64,000 nucleotides of DNA from Promethearchaeia archaeon (GTDB taxonomy: Archaea > Asgardarchaeota > Lokiarchaeia > Sigyniarchaeales > SOKP01), in assembly GCA_029856145.1 (NCBI GenBank), contig JAHQWK010000023.1, forward strand, positions 47,999 through 111,998, written 5' to 3'. The notes beneath the pieces are model-generated. The model saw only the letters and a program-made list of their open reading frames with translations, was not told where the DNA came from and did no database searches. Numbering within the stretch: position 1 is the first letter of the stretch; each line of letters begins with the position of its first letter. Position numbers and translations under genes: made by a program. Shown in pieces: positions 1-10,749 of this stretch.

Positions 1-2908
1 TCTTCAATTCATCTCCTCCTACAGAAATCAATACATTCCCTCCTTCGATTGGAATGTCCATTTCTGTAGCTTCTAAAGCTTTTACAAGTGCATCTTGAAA
101 ATTATCTCCGATGATTCCGATCTCGCCCGTTGATGCCATTTCGACACCAAGCAGAAAATCAGCCTTGTCTAATCTCATAAATGAGAACATAGGGGCTTTT
201 ATACCAACAAATTCTCCATAAGGGAGTTTTAGAAGCCTTTCTGGAATTTTATTACCCATAATTACCTCAGCTGCTAATCTCATTAAGTTAATTCCTCTTG
301 TTTTTGATACATAAGGCATACTACGACTTGAACGCAAATTACATTCAATTACATAAACGTCTCCATTTTTTACTAAATATTGGACATTAAATGGTCCTTG
401 TATTTTAAGTGCTAAAGCAATCTGATTTGTATATTTCTCTATTACCTCGATAACCTCTTTAGAAACCGTTTGAGGAGGAATTACCATAGTAGCATCTCCA
501 CTATGGATACCTGCATTTTCTATATGTTCAACAATAGCACCTATTAATACATTTTCTCCGTCAGAAATACCATCACATTCAATTTCTCTGGCGTTAGTGA
601 AAAATTTAGTTATAACAACAGGATATTCGCTCGAAACAGAAGCAGCAAGATCAAGCGTATCCCTAAGTGTTTTTTCATCATAAGAAACTCTCATAGCAGC
701 ACCACTTAACACGTAAGAAGGTCTAACTAATACAGGATAACCTACTTCTGTAGCGAATTGTAAGGCATCATTTTTATCCGTTAATGTCTTCCATTCTGGT
801 TGTTTTATATTTAATTGATCTAACAATGCACTAAATTTACTTCTATCTTCTGCCATATCAATTCTCGAGCCATGAGTTCCAAGAATTTTGAGATTTGTTT
901 TTCTAAAAAATTCGGAGTATTTTGAAATTTTAGCTGCTAAATTATTTGCGATTTGGCCACCCGCAGATACGACAATACCAGTTGCTTTTTCAAGTTCACA
1001 AATGTCAAGTACTCTTTCACCAGAAATTTCTTCAAAATATAATTTATCAGATATATCATAATCGGTAGACACAGTTTCAGGATTATAATTAATCATTATT
1101 GCTTGATCAATACCAAGTTTTTTTAAACCCCATAAACAGTTAACAGATCCCCAATCAAACTCAACTGAAGCTCCGATACGATAAGTTCCTGAACCTAATA
1201 CAATTACTTTACTGAGACTTGAGTCATTTTCTTTTTCGAAATCAATATCATGTTCCGAAGCACCATAAGTTAAGTATAAATAGTTAGTAATAGCAGGCCA
1301 TTCAGCAGCTAAAGTATCAATTCGTTTAACATATGGTTTAATCCCCAACCTTCTTCTCATTTGTCTTATGAATATTGTATCAACACTCATAATTTTAGCA
1401 ATTTGACCATCAGAAAATCCATATCGTTTAGCTCTTTCTAACCAGTATCGTTTTTCATCATCCCTAGTCTCTAATAAATCAAGATCTTGAAGTTGACGTT
1501 CAATGTCAATAATATTTTTCAGTTTATATAAAAACCACTTATCTACTCGTGATAAGCGATATATTTCATCAAGAGAAATACCTCTTTTTATTGCTTCAGT
1601 AATCCTAAATACTCGTAAATCTGTAGGATTTCTTAAAGCATATTTTAATTCATTTATATCTTCAATTGGATCTAAATCATTTGCTACAAAACCTTTCATA
1701 CCGATATCAAGCATTCTAATGGCTTTTTGTAAAACTTCTTCAAAAGTTCTCCCAATTGCCATTACTTCACCTACACTTTTCATCTGAGAACCTATTCTAC
1801 GATCGACTCTTTGAAATTTTGTCAAGTCCCATCTCGGAATTTTAAGTACTAAATAATCTAATGCAGGTTCGAAACAAGCGGTTGTAATTCCAGTAATCTT
1901 ATTTTTTAATTCTGGTAATGTGTATCCAATTGCTAGCTTTGCTGCTATATATGCTAATGGATACCCTGTTGCTTTAGATGCAAGTGCGGAAGATCTTGAA
2001 AGCCGAGCGTTTACTTCTATTGCTCTAAACTCTTTAGAAAAGGGATCTAGCCCGTATTGAATATTGCATTCTCCTATAATACCAAGGTTTCGAATGACTC
2101 TTATAGAAGCTGAACGGAGCATATGGTACTCCTCATTTGTGAGGGTTTGGCTAGGACTTACAACAAGCGATTCTCCTGTATGAATTCCAACCGGATCGAA
2201 GTTTTCCATATTACAATTAATAAAACAGTTATCTTCAGAGTCTCTTACGACTTCATATTCTATCTCTTTCCAACCCCATATACTTTCTTCTATTAAAATC
2301 TGATGTATTCTTGATTGAGCTAATCCTTTTTTTGCCATTCTTTCGAATTCTTTTATATTATCAACAATACCAGATCCCCTTCCACCCAATGTATACGCTA
2401 CTCGTATCATACATGGAAATCCGATTTTTTTTACTGCTTTTAGTGCTTCACTATAAGAATTTACCGCCTGACTTTTACACACTTTAACATTTGATCCTTC
2501 CATTGCTTTTACAAAAAGATCTCTATCTTCAGTAACTTCAATAGCTTCGATTGGTGTTCCAAGTACTCTTACATTATATTTCTCTAAAACTCCTGCTTCA
2601 TTTAATTCAACACCTACATTTAAAGCAGTTTGACCTCCAAATGCTAATAAAACACCATCTGGCTTTTCTTTTTTTATTACTTCCTCTACGTATTTAACAT
2701 TTATTGGCAATAGGTAAACTTTATCAGATAATTCTGGATCTGTTTGGATTGTAGCAATATTTGGGTTAATTAGAATAGTCTCAATTCCTTCTTCTTTAAG
2801 TGCTTTTAATACTTGACTTCCAGAATAATCAAATTCCCCGGCTTGACCGATACGGATTCCTCCAGATCCTAAGACCAATGCCTTTTTTATTGTTTTATCT
2901 AATGGCAT
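1..2908 (-). CDS. carB: Carbamoyl-phosphate synthase large subunit (3' end runs off the window)
   Basis: Manual translation from ATG at 2908: MPLDKTIKKALVLGSGGIRIGQAGEFDYSGSQVLKALKEEG...NPNIATIQTD; later DTLAAEWPA and GPYRIGASVEFDW motifs. Absent from the ORF track, presumably because no stop lies in the window. Directly downstream of carA. Confidence 0.97.
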   Translation of the reverse strand, partial: MPLDKTIKKALVLGSGGIRIGQAGEFDYSGSQVLKALKEEGIETILINPNIATIQTDPELSDKVYLLPINVKYVEEVIKKEKPDGVLLAFGGQTALNVGVELNEAGVLEKYNVRVLGTPIEAIEVTEDRDLFVKAMEGSNVKVCKSQAVNSYSEALKAVKKIGFPCMIRVAYTLGGRGSGIVDNIKEFERMAKKGLAQSRIHQILIEESIWGWKEIEYEVVRDSEDNCFINCNMENFDPVGIHTGESLVVSPSQTLTNEEYHMLRSASIRVIRNLGIIGECNIQYGLDPFSKEFRAIEVNARLSRSSALASKATGYPLAYIAAKLAIGYTLPELKNKITGITTACFEPALDYLVLKIPRWDLTKFQRVDRRIGSQMKSVGEVMAIGRTFEEVLQKAIRMLDIGMKGFVANDLDPIEDINELKYALRNPTDLRVFRITEAIKRGISLDEIYRLSRVDKWFLYKLKNIIDIERQLQDLDLLETRDDEKRYWLERAKRYGFSDGQIAKIMSVDTIFIRQMRRRLGIKPYVKRIDTLAAEWPAITNYLYLTYGASEHDIDFEKENDSSLSKVIVLGSGTYRIGASVEFDWGSVNCLWGLKKLGIDQAIMINYNPETVSTDYDISDKLYFEEISGERVLDICELEKATGIVVSAGGQIANNLAAKISKYSEFFRKTNLKILGTHGSRIDMAEDRSKFSALLDQLNIKQPEWKTLTDKNDALQFATEVGYPVLVRPSYVLSGAAMRVSYDEKTLRDTLDLAASVSSEYPVVITKFFTNAREIECDGISDGENVLIGAIVEHIENAGIHSGDATMVIPPQTVSKEVIEVIEKYTNQIALALKIQGPFNVQYLVKNGDVYVIECNLRSSRSMPYVSKTRGINLMRLAAEVIMGNKIPERLLKLPYGEFVGIKAPMFSFMRLDKADFLLGVEMASTGEIGIIGDNFQDALVKALEATEMDIPIEGGNVLISVGGDELK

Positions 2909-2912
2909 CAAT

Positions 2913-4046
2913 CTATAACTCCATAAATTCAACAAATTTATCAAATAGATATAAAGAATCTAAAGGTCCAGGGCAAGCCTCAGGATGGAATTGAACCGCA
3001 AAAATGGGTTTGGTTTTATGAATTAATCCTTCATTAGAATTATCATCAATATTTTTAAGGAATTCCTTAAAACCCCCCTTTTCAAAATCCTTAACACAGA
3101 ATCCATGATTCTGAGATGTGATATAACACTGATGAGTTTCTGGGTTTATAACTGTTTTATTTCCTCCCCTATGACCATATTTTAATTTATATGAAGAGCC
3201 ACCTGCTCCTAACCCAATGATTTGATTGCCTAAACAAATTCCCATAGTTGGAATATTATTTTTAATCAAATTTCTAGCAACTTCTATCGCACCTTTATAC
3301 ATTGCAGGATCTCCTGGTCCGTTAGAAATGAACACACCATCTGGATTATATTTCATGATTTGATTATAATCATAGTTAAAGGGTACAAGAATGACTTCAA
3401 TCCCTCTACCCACAAAATTTCTGAGAATATTGTTTTTAACTCCCAAATCTAACACAACAACTTTCCCTTTTGACTTTGGAGGTATAAATCTCTTAATATT
3501 ATTAGTTGACACCTCGCTTGCTAAATGTCTAAGATTTGGATCTTGAACTTTTTTGACTTCTTCTCTCAATTTATTTATATCAGGCTTTTCCCCTGGATTA
3601 TAAACAGCAAGTAACCCTACTTGAACACCCTCTTCCCTTAAAATTTTGGTTAATGCTCTAGTGTCAATCCATTCAATTCCAGGAACATCTTCTTCAAGAA
3701 GAAATTCATTCAGAGTTTTTACACTTTCATAATGGCTTGGATTTTTACAACATTCATTAACTATATACCCACTTATTTTAATTGAATCTGATTCAAAATT
3801 TTTGTGAATTCCAAATTCATCTTTTTCCCAAGCGGGAACTCCATAATTCCCAACAAGAGGGTGAGTCATAACAACAATTTGGCCATGATATGAGGGATCT
3901 GTTAAAGTTTCATTATATCCAGCACCGGTAATTGTGGTGAAAACAATTTCTCCCCCTGCTTTTTTCGTCGCTCCAAAGCCGACGCCTTCAAAATACCTTC
4001 CGTCTTGAAGCATCAAAATAGCTGGTCTTTCTTTCTTATAAAGCAT
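2913..4046 (-). CDS. carA: Carbamoyl-phosphate synthase small (glutaminase) subunit
   Basis: GYNETLTDPSYHGQI, SNGPGDP, GICLGNQ (catalytic Cys), SQNHGF, QFHPEACPGP. Confidence 0.97.
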   Translation of the reverse strand: MLYKKERPAILMLQDGRYFEGVGFGATKKAGGEIVFTTITGAGYNETLTDPSYHGQIVVMTHPLVGNYGVPAWEKDEFGIHKNFESDSIKISGYIVNECCKNPSHYESVKTLNEFLLEEDVPGIEWIDTRALTKILREEGVQVGLLAVYNPGEKPDINKLREEVKKVQDPNLRHLASEVSTNNIKRFIPPKSKGKVVVLDLGVKNNILRNFVGRGIEVILVPFNYDYNQIMKYNPDGVFISNGPGDPAMYKGAIEVARNLIKNNIPTMGICLGNQIIGLGAGGSSYKLKYGHRGGNKTVINPETHQCYITSQNHGFCVKDFEKGGFKEFLKNIDDNSNEGLIHKTKPIFAVQFHPEACPGPLDSLYLFDKFVEFMEL

Positions 4047-4143
4047 TGACTCTTTTGTAATGTTCTTCTTTTAAATCCTTAAAATAAAGATAGCTAATCC
4101 TTTTTTTTAAGATTATTTATTAACTAGTTAAATAAAGTATAGT

Positions 4144-5235
4144 TTAAATAGAGCTACTTGGTGGTGGTGAGTAAGAAGAATATAATTCTTTTTTAATACT
4201 CTCCCCCTTTGCTTTAAGAAATTCTTGTATAGTGGTTTTTATTGATTGAATTATTGATTCCAGATTAATTTCCTCATAAGTATTAAACCATGAATAGTTT
4301 TGAGTTTTGAACTTTTCTAAATCTTTGGATTCTTGTAAAATTATTATATTCTGGTCAATTAAAAATGATGGATCTAATATATTCTCCTCTCCATCCTCTA
4401 GTTTTTTCACATTTAGGAGCATACACTCAAGTAAATCATCATAGAAAAGAAGTGGAATGTACTTTAACAATTTTGGTTTTATATTATCTAAAGATGAGTC
4501 TAGTTTTTCTAAGTTATCTGGTAAGCCAATTTCAGAAAGATCAAACACATCAAGATTTATGAGTTCTGGATGAAATTGTACCTGTTCTATTTTTTTCATT
4601 TTTTTACGGTATGTTGCTATTTTTTTAGTATACAATTTAACATGGATCTGCAAATGTGTTGTTTCAATTAATATTGAGTTTTCTTCTATTCTCTTTTCGC
4701 AAAGATGTTGAATATTTTTGCAATAGTTTGTTGCCGCAGTTATTAGATCTTCATCATTAAGTTTTGCTTTCAATAAATTATCAACATATGACTTTAAAAA
4801 TGCTGAGAAATCATTCTCAAGGTCTAATAATTTAGCATACAGAAATTTTGTAGAATCCCACCATTTTTGTGCTTTTTTGGATGTAAGAGAAAGAGCAAAT
4901 GTATCAAAAGCACGAATTTCTGTGAAATTAATCAACTGTTCCACCCCATATTGAAGAAACATAGTAGGATTGATTATAGCATTGAGATCATCCATAAGTG
5001 AAAAAGAAAGGGGTTCTCTGGGACGAATTAAAAGAGATTGTTCACCATTAAATACACGATCCACTCTCATGGGGAGAGGCATAATTGGATTAGTAATGAT
5101 CTTCTTTAATAGTGCCACATCGCGTTCCGATTCAAAACCTGTGAGATCAGGAGGAAAAACTTCTAAATAAAAGAAAAAAGGGGCAGCGTCATATTTGAAC
5201 GTTTTAAATTTATTAATTGGTTTAAAAGAGATCAC
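4144..5235 (-). CDS. Hypothetical protein (363 aa)
   Basis: Long ORF with normal composition, lying between the TetR gene and carA; no motif recognised. Confidence 0.75.
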   Translation of the reverse strand: MISFKPINKFKTFKYDAAPFFFYLEVFPPDLTGFESERDVALLKKIITNPIMPLPMRVDRVFNGEQSLLIRPREPLSFSLMDDLNAIINPTMFLQYGVEQLINFTEIRAFDTFALSLTSKKAQKWWDSTKFLYAKLLDLENDFSAFLKSYVDNLLKAKLNDEDLITAATNYCKNIQHLCEKRIEENSILIETTHLQIHVKLYTKKIATYRKKMKKIEQVQFHPELINLDVFDLSEIGLPDNLEKLDSSLDNIKPKLLKYIPLLFYDDLLECMLLNVKKLEDGEENILDPSFLIDQNIIILQESKDLEKFKTQNYSWFNTYEEINLESIIQSIKTTIQEFLKAKGESIKKELYSSYSPPPSSSI

Positions 5236-5240
5236 CTACG

Positions 5241-5963
5241 TTATTTGGTGCTTAAATCTTTTTGAGCTAAAGATGAATCTGTTAATGATTTTTCCAATTT
5301 ACTTAAAACAAAATTTTGAAAATCTTTTCTAGAAAAGTCTGCTTGATCAAACTGGATTATTTCACTTGCAAGATTACCATTAAAGTTTTCACTTTGCTCG
5401 ATTATTCTCATATGTCTATCTACAATAGCAGCACCCAAAATTAGACTATAAGTATAGAAAGATAGCATTCCTGCATTAGACTCTTTAATTTCGTTATCAT
5501 TAATTCCATTCTGTATAACTTTTGCTGTACCCTTTAAAAAATTGAATTTTCGATATTCCTTTTCAAAAGGACCCATTTTATCAGAAGAAGGAGCCTCAAT
5601 AAAATGCATCATACTAAAAGCTCCAAAATCTTTATCAGCAAACTGTAAAAAGTTTTCAAAAATCTTCATTAAAAGATCGATTGTTGATGTTTTATGATTT
5701 TTAATAATTTCGATATTTTCATCTCTATATTGATTAAAAAATTTATTCCGGATCGCAATCCACAATTCTCTCTTACTTTCTACATAATTATATAAATTAT
5801 TCTGGTTCATTCCGAGGTTTTTTGCTAATCCTCGTAGACTGAAGCCATCTCTTCCCTTTTCTAAAAATAAGTCCTTTCCTGCTTTCAAAATCCGTTCAAA
5901 TTGAGCTGCTTTTTTCTCAGGTGAACGACTTCGAGATTTTTTTTTTTTAGTCTTTACGCTCAT
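5241..5963 (-). CDS. TetR/AcrR family transcriptional regulator
   Basis: N-terminal HTH ILKAGKDLFLEKGRDGFSLRGLAKNLGMNQNNLYNYVESKREL. Confidence 0.92.
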   Translation of the reverse strand: MSVKTKKKKSRSRSPEKKAAQFERILKAGKDLFLEKGRDGFSLRGLAKNLGMNQNNLYNYVESKRELWIAIRNKFFNQYRDENIEIIKNHKTSTIDLLMKIFENFLQFADKDFGAFSMMHFIEAPSSDKMGPFEKEYRKFNFLKGTAKVIQNGINDNEIKESNAGMLSFYTYSLILGAAIVDRHMRIIEQSENFNGNLASEIIQFDQADFSRKDFQNFVLSKLEKSLTDSSLAQKDLSTK

Positions 5964-6330
5964 CTTAAACTTCCATAAATTTCATTTAGAAAGATTCAAT
6001 TAATAAAATAATCGAAAATTAGTTTAAATTACATTTTTAATTAATTCATAACAAATTATTAAGATTAGCACATTGAAAAGAATATTTTCAGTATTAAATC
6101 ATCAGAAAAAAAATATTATTTATCAAGATTAAAAATTGTTATTAAGAGAGAAAAGTGAGAAGGGAATCATGAAACAGATAAAAATTAAAAGGTGATCATC
6201 TTCTCTTTTTTCTCTCTACTGAATAGATAAAATAGTGATCAATAAGAAATTTCATAAAAAATATTTAAACTTCGCAGATTTTTTCTAATTAAAATTTAAT
6301 TTAAAAATAAAAAAGAGTAGTGGATTAAAA

Positions 6331-8607
6331 ATAGAAATAAAACAAAATGATGTCAAAATAATTAAAACTGGTTGTTGTCATGATTGCGGTGGGCGATGTG
6401 TTTTAAAAGCACATGTAAAAGATGGAAAAATTTTAAGATTTGAAACAGATAATGAGGAACTACCGCAATTAAGAGCCTGTTTGCGAGGAAGGGCATATAG
6501 ACAACGGGTCTACTCAGACGATAGACTTAGATCTCCGTTACGTCGAGTGGGTAATCGAGGTGAAGGTATATTTGAAAGAATATCTTGGGATGAAGCATTA
6601 AATGAAGTGGCTAATAAGATTAAAGAGATAAAGCAAAAACATGGTAATTCTGCAATTTTACTTGTCCCTGGTGGAGGTAATCAAGGAATGCTACATGGCA
6701 TTATCCCTCATGCCTTAATGCTTCATCAAATCGGTGGGTATACTCGAATGTGGGGTGCTCCTTCTTACGAAGGGGCTCTTTTTGCTTCTATGGCAACCTA
6801 TGGAACAATGATGACAGGGAATGCACGTGAAGATTTACTTAATTCTAAACTAATCATAATGTGGGGTTGGAATCCAGCAAATACTATTTGGGATCCTGGA
6901 ACCAGCTTATGGTTGGCTAAAGCCCGAGAACAAGGAATTAAAATTGTGTCAATTGATCCAATTTTTACAGATTCAGCAGCAGTTTTAGCTGATGAATGGA
7001 TTCCTATTCGCCCCGGTACCGATACTGCTGCTCTTATTGCTATATCTTATGTTATAATAAGTGAAAACCTTCATGATATGGATTTTATAAAAAATTATAC
7101 TATTGGTTTTGAAAAATTTAGGGATTATGTACTTGGATTGGAAGATGATCAACCCAAAACACCTGAATGGGCAGAAGAAATAACTATGATTTCTGCAGAA
7201 ACTATTAGAAATTTGGCACGAGAGTATGCCATAAACAAACCAGCAGCGCTTATTGCAGGCTGGGGACCTGCTCGGACTGCTTTTGGAGAACAATATTCTC
7301 GAGCAGCAAATGTGTTATGTACAATAACGGGTAATATTGGAATTAATGGAGGATATGCCGCTGGTTTTATGAGATCGTATTATAGCCGTGAGAGAATTTT
7401 AACGGGAAGTAAAAAAAAATCTGGCCCTTTCAAGCCTGATGATGAAACTCCTAAAAGACCAAGACTTCAAGATAATCCTGTTGATTTTGGAGCAGCTCCC
7501 CGCGAAGAAAGTTTATATAAATTAAAAGGTGGAACCAATCCCGCAAATACTCGTATTCACTATAATGATTATTATAATGCAATATTAAAAGGTTGTAAAG
7601 GGGGTTATCCTACTGATATTAAAATGGCTTATATTGCAGGAACTAATCGATTAAACCAGTTTCCCAATGTAAATAAAGGAGTCAAAGCGTTAAAATCTCT
7701 TGATTTTATTGTAATTTATGAACAATTTATGACTCCAACAGCTCAATTAGCAGATATTGTTTTACCTGTAAACACTTTCATGGAACGCAATGATGTAGCA
7801 GTTCCTTGGCTAGGAGCACCCTATTATATCTATTTAAATAAAGCTATTGATTCTTTATATGAATCAAAATCTGATTTGGAAATATGTAAGGAATTATCTA
7901 AGAAATTAGATATTGAACAAAGTCTATTAGATTTACCTGAAGAACAAATCTTAAAGCTTTTTACAGCTCCTCGTAAAGATATAAAAAGTTATAATAAAAT
8001 GAAAAGAGACGGATATTTTAAAGTTAAAGTAGATGAGCCTTTTATTGCTTTTAAGGATCAAATTGAAGACTTTGAAAAAAATCCTTTTCCTACTCTATCA
8101 GGTAAGATTGAGATTTATTGTGAACATATAGCTGAGAAAAATAATCCATTAATGCCTCCAATTCCTAAATATTTAACCCATGATGAGCATTATGACTCTC
8201 CCATAGCAAAGAAGTATTCATTACAATTACTCACACCCCATAATAAAAGGAGAACTCATTCTAGTTTACATAATATCCCTTGGTTAGAAGAAATTGAGCC
8301 TCATGCTGTTTGGATTAATCCAGTTGATGCATCGAAACGAAATATAAATAATGGGGATTTGGTAGATATTTTCAACGATCGAGGTAGAATGAGAATTCCC
8401 GCTAAGGTTACTGAACGTATAATACCGGGAGCAGTTTGTGTGTATCAAGGAGCATGGTATAATCCTGATAAGGACGGTGTGGATCTCGGAGGATGTGCTA
8501 ATATCTTAACAAAGGATGTCTATTCTCCGGGAGGAGCCTTTCCTTTGAATAGTTCTTTAGTGGAAATAGAATTGTCTCCGAATAATAAATTGGAGGAGAT
8601 GCAATGA
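6331..8607 (+). CDS. Molybdopterin oxidoreductase catalytic subunit, DMSO reductase (DmsA-like) family, no Tat signal; start probably non-canonical
   Basis: The frame extends upstream of TTG 6481 through KTGCCHDCGGRC...RACLRGRAY (4Fe-4S motif). ERISWDEAL, IRPGTD, ADIVLP, RTHS and a C-terminal molybdopterin dinucleotide-binding domain are present. The exact start is uncertain. Confidence 0.9.
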   Translation: MEIKQNDVKIIKTGCCHDCGGRCVLKAHVKDGKILRFETDNEELPQLRACLRGRAYRQRVYSDDRLRSPLRRVGNRGEGIFERISWDEALNEVANKIKEIKQKHGNSAILLVPGGGNQGMLHGIIPHALMLHQIGGYTRMWGAPSYEGALFASMATYGTMMTGNAREDLLNSKLIIMWGWNPANTIWDPGTSLWLAKAREQGIKIVSIDPIFTDSAAVLADEWIPIRPGTDTAALIAISYVIISENLHDMDFIKNYTIGFEKFRDYVLGLEDDQPKTPEWAEEITMISAETIRNLAREYAINKPAALIAGWGPARTAFGEQYSRAANVLCTITGNIGINGGYAAGFMRSYYSRERILTGSKKKSGPFKPDDETPKRPRLQDNPVDFGAAPREESLYKLKGGTNPANTRIHYNDYYNAILKGCKGGYPTDIKMAYIAGTNRLNQFPNVNKGVKALKSLDFIVIYEQFMTPTAQLADIVLPVNTFMERNDVAVPWLGAPYYIYLNKAIDSLYESKSDLEICKELSKKLDIEQSLLDLPEEQILKLFTAPRKDIKSYNKMKRDGYFKVKVDEPFIAFKDQIEDFEKNPFPTLSGKIEIYCEHIAEKNNPLMPPIPKYLTHDEHYDSPIAKKYSLQLLTPHNKRRTHSSLHNIPWLEEIEPHAVWINPVDASKRNINNGDLVDIFNDRGRMRIPAKVTERIIPGAVCVYQGAWYNPDKDGVDLGGCANILTKDVYSPGGAFPLNSSLVEIELSPNNKLEEMQ

Positions 8608-9170
8608 ATCAGATGGGATTTTATTTCGATCAAACACGTTGTATAGGTTGTTATACATGTTCTGTTGCGTGTAAAGACTGGCACAATATTCCAGAGAAAG
8701 TAAATTGGAGACAAATCAAAGTTTTAGAAGATGGAAAATTTCCTAATTTATATCTAGCTTATCTTTCTTCTTCTTGTTATCATTGTAAAGAACCACCTTG
8801 TATTAAAGTTTGTCCCGTGGGCGCAATAAAGAAGAGAGAAAAAGATGGTATTGTCATTGTTGAATCTAGTAAATGTTTAGGTAATGAAGAATGTGATTCG
8901 AAATGTCTAAAGGCTTGTCCTTATGATATTCCGCAGTTTGGTCCTGAAAGAGGAGGAAAAATGCAAAAATGTGATTTTTGTTTAGAACGTTTAGAAAAAG
9001 GACAACAAACTATTTGTGTTGAGGCTTGTCCCATGTTTGCTCTTGATGCGGGCCCTTTAGATGAGTTAAAGGATAAATATGGAGATGTAGTTGAAGCAGA
9101 AGGTTTTAAGTATTTTGAGAAATTTAAACCATCTATATTACATAAACCTAAATTAAAAAACTTAGATTAA
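8604..9170 (+). CDS. 4Fe-4S dicluster electron-transfer subunit (DmsB-like)
   Basis: QMGFYFDQTRCIGCYTCSVACKDW, CYHCKEPPCIKVCP, KCDFC, CVEACP; ATGA overlap with the catalytic subunit. Confidence 0.93.
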   Translation: MNQMGFYFDQTRCIGCYTCSVACKDWHNIPEKVNWRQIKVLEDGKFPNLYLAYLSSSCYHCKEPPCIKVCPVGAIKKREKDGIVIVESSKCLGNEECDSKCLKACPYDIPQFGPERGGKMQKCDFCLERLEKGQQTICVEACPMFALDAGPLDELKDKYGDVVEAEGFKYFEKFKPSILHKPKLKNLD

Positions 9171-9263
9171 TAAATTATTCAAATTTTTAAATAAAATATC
9201 TTAATTTTTTATTTTATTAGATAATTTCATTATATTATAGAATTTTAAAGAAGTGAAAATGAA

Positions 9264-10559
9264 TTGGAACTAAAGGAAGTATGGTTAATTGATTATGCCC
9301 GGACCGCATTTTCTCGTTCTAGGCCAAATCAACCTGAAAGAGATGTGTTTGGTGAAATTCGTGGAGACGAATTACTTGCTAGACTCATTATGAAATTTTT
9401 TGATAGAAAGTTAGCTGATAAAGGAATAACAAAGAAAGATATTGAGGAAGTCTCTGTAGGAGTTGCTTCAGGGGTTCTTGAAAACTGGACTTACGGGGCG
9501 AAAATTCCTCTTTACTTATCGGGATTTCCAAATGAAGTTTCTTCCTTCTTTATAGATAAACAATGTGCTTCAGCAGGTGCCGGAATGCATATGTTAACAA
9601 TGGAAATCATGACAGGGAATACTAAGTGTGCATTAGCAACTGGTTTTGAACATATGACCCGTATTAGAAGAATTGGTATAGACCCCGCAATAGAGAGATA
9701 TGAAGATGAGAATAGCATCTTTTATCATCCAGAATATGATATGGTTAATTCAACTAACATGCTACAAACAGCACAAAGATTATATGAAGAAGAAGTACCT
9801 AAATTTACAAAAGAAGATATGGATAAATTTGGAGTGAGATCGCATAATTTAACTATTAAAAGCCAAGAAGAAAAATGGTTCACATCTGGTGTGAATGGTG
9901 GGGAAATTATTCCAATTGAAGCTCACTTAGAAGGGAATGTTGAAGAGTCAATAATGGTAGATAGGGATATGGCAGCTAGAAAATCTACTTTGGAAGGAGT
10001 TGCTGGATTACGTAGAATATCTGTTCCTTTTTATTTGGAGAAAAATGGAGGTAAAAAGGGTTATATTAAAAGAGAAGGCACTGAGGAAGGGGTGATAACA
10101 GCCGGAAATTCTTCTCCCTTGAATGCAGGAGCTACAGCTGCAGTCCTTATGGAAGCAGAAGAAGCGAAAAAGAGAGACCTTGAACCCTTGGCCCGCATAG
10201 TTTCAATTGGTTGGGCAGGAGTGGATCCAAGAGTTATGGGACGGGGTCCTGTTCCTGCTACCCGCAAAGCCTTAGAATATGCTAATTTAAGTGCTGAAGA
10301 TATCGATTATTGGGAAATTAACGAAGCTTTTTGTATCGTTGCCTTAAATTGTATGGAAAAATTCAATATTCCAGAAGAAAAAGTTAATATTATGGGAGGA
10401 TCAACTGCAATTGGCCATCCATTAGGAGCTACAATGCTTCGCCTTACAGGAACATTAGCAAGAATTTTAAGAGATAAGAAAGCAAAATACGGAGTGGCTA
10501 ACGCTTGTTGTGGCGGCGGACAGGGAGTTGCGACTATTATAGAGAATTTTAATATATAA
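9264..10559 (+). CDS. Acetyl-CoA C-acyltransferase (thiolase)
   Basis: KQCASAG (Cys nucleophile), [32 protein letters not shown]. Confidence 0.95.
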   Translation: MELKEVWLIDYARTAFSRSRPNQPERDVFGEIRGDELLARLIMKFFDRKLADKGITKKDIEEVSVGVASGVLENWTYGAKIPLYLSGFPNEVSSFFIDKQCASAGAGMHMLTMEIMTGNTKCALATGFEHMTRIRRIGIDPAIERYEDENSIFYHPEYDMVNSTNMLQTAQRLYEEEVPKFTKEDMDKFGVRSHNLTIKSQEEKWFTSGVNGGEIIPIEAHLEGNVEESIMVDRDMAARKSTLEGVAGLRRISVPFYLEKNGGKKGYIKREGTEEGVITAGNSSPLNAGATAAVLMEAEEAKKRDLEPLARIVSIGWAGVDPRVMGRGPVPATRKALEYANLSAEDIDYWEINEAFCIVALNCMEKFNIPEEKVNIMGGSTAIGHPLGATMLRLTGTLARILRDKKAKYGVANACCGGGQGVATIIENFNI

Positions 10560-10567
10560 AATTAACT

Positions 10568-10596
10568 ATTATCTTAAGATCTATCATTAAGATAAT
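10568..10596 (+). terminator. 10-bp inverted repeat after the thiolase stop; possible terminator or operator
   Basis: ATTATCTTAA-N9-TTAAGATAAT followed by T residues. Confidence 0.35.
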
Positions 10597-10749
10597 TTTA
10601 AATTAATATTAGAGCTAATTTTTCCTTTTTCTTAAACATAAATTTAAATTGATCTTCTAGGTTATTTAATTATCTGACTGAATTAATGAATTAAATTTAA
10701 CTAAATATTAAATTTCTAACATTTTATTTAATTTAAATATGATTTAATT

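Noticed and set aside
1503-2994. Plus-strand ORFs 1503..1787 and 2800..2994, and similar short antisense or nested ORFs throughout the track
   Set aside because: Shadow ORFs overlapping well-supported genes such as carB and carA.
6145-6217. SECIS element (AUGA...UGA inside a hairpin)
   Set aside because: No proper upper helix between the quartet halves, and no in-frame TGA in neighbouring genes.
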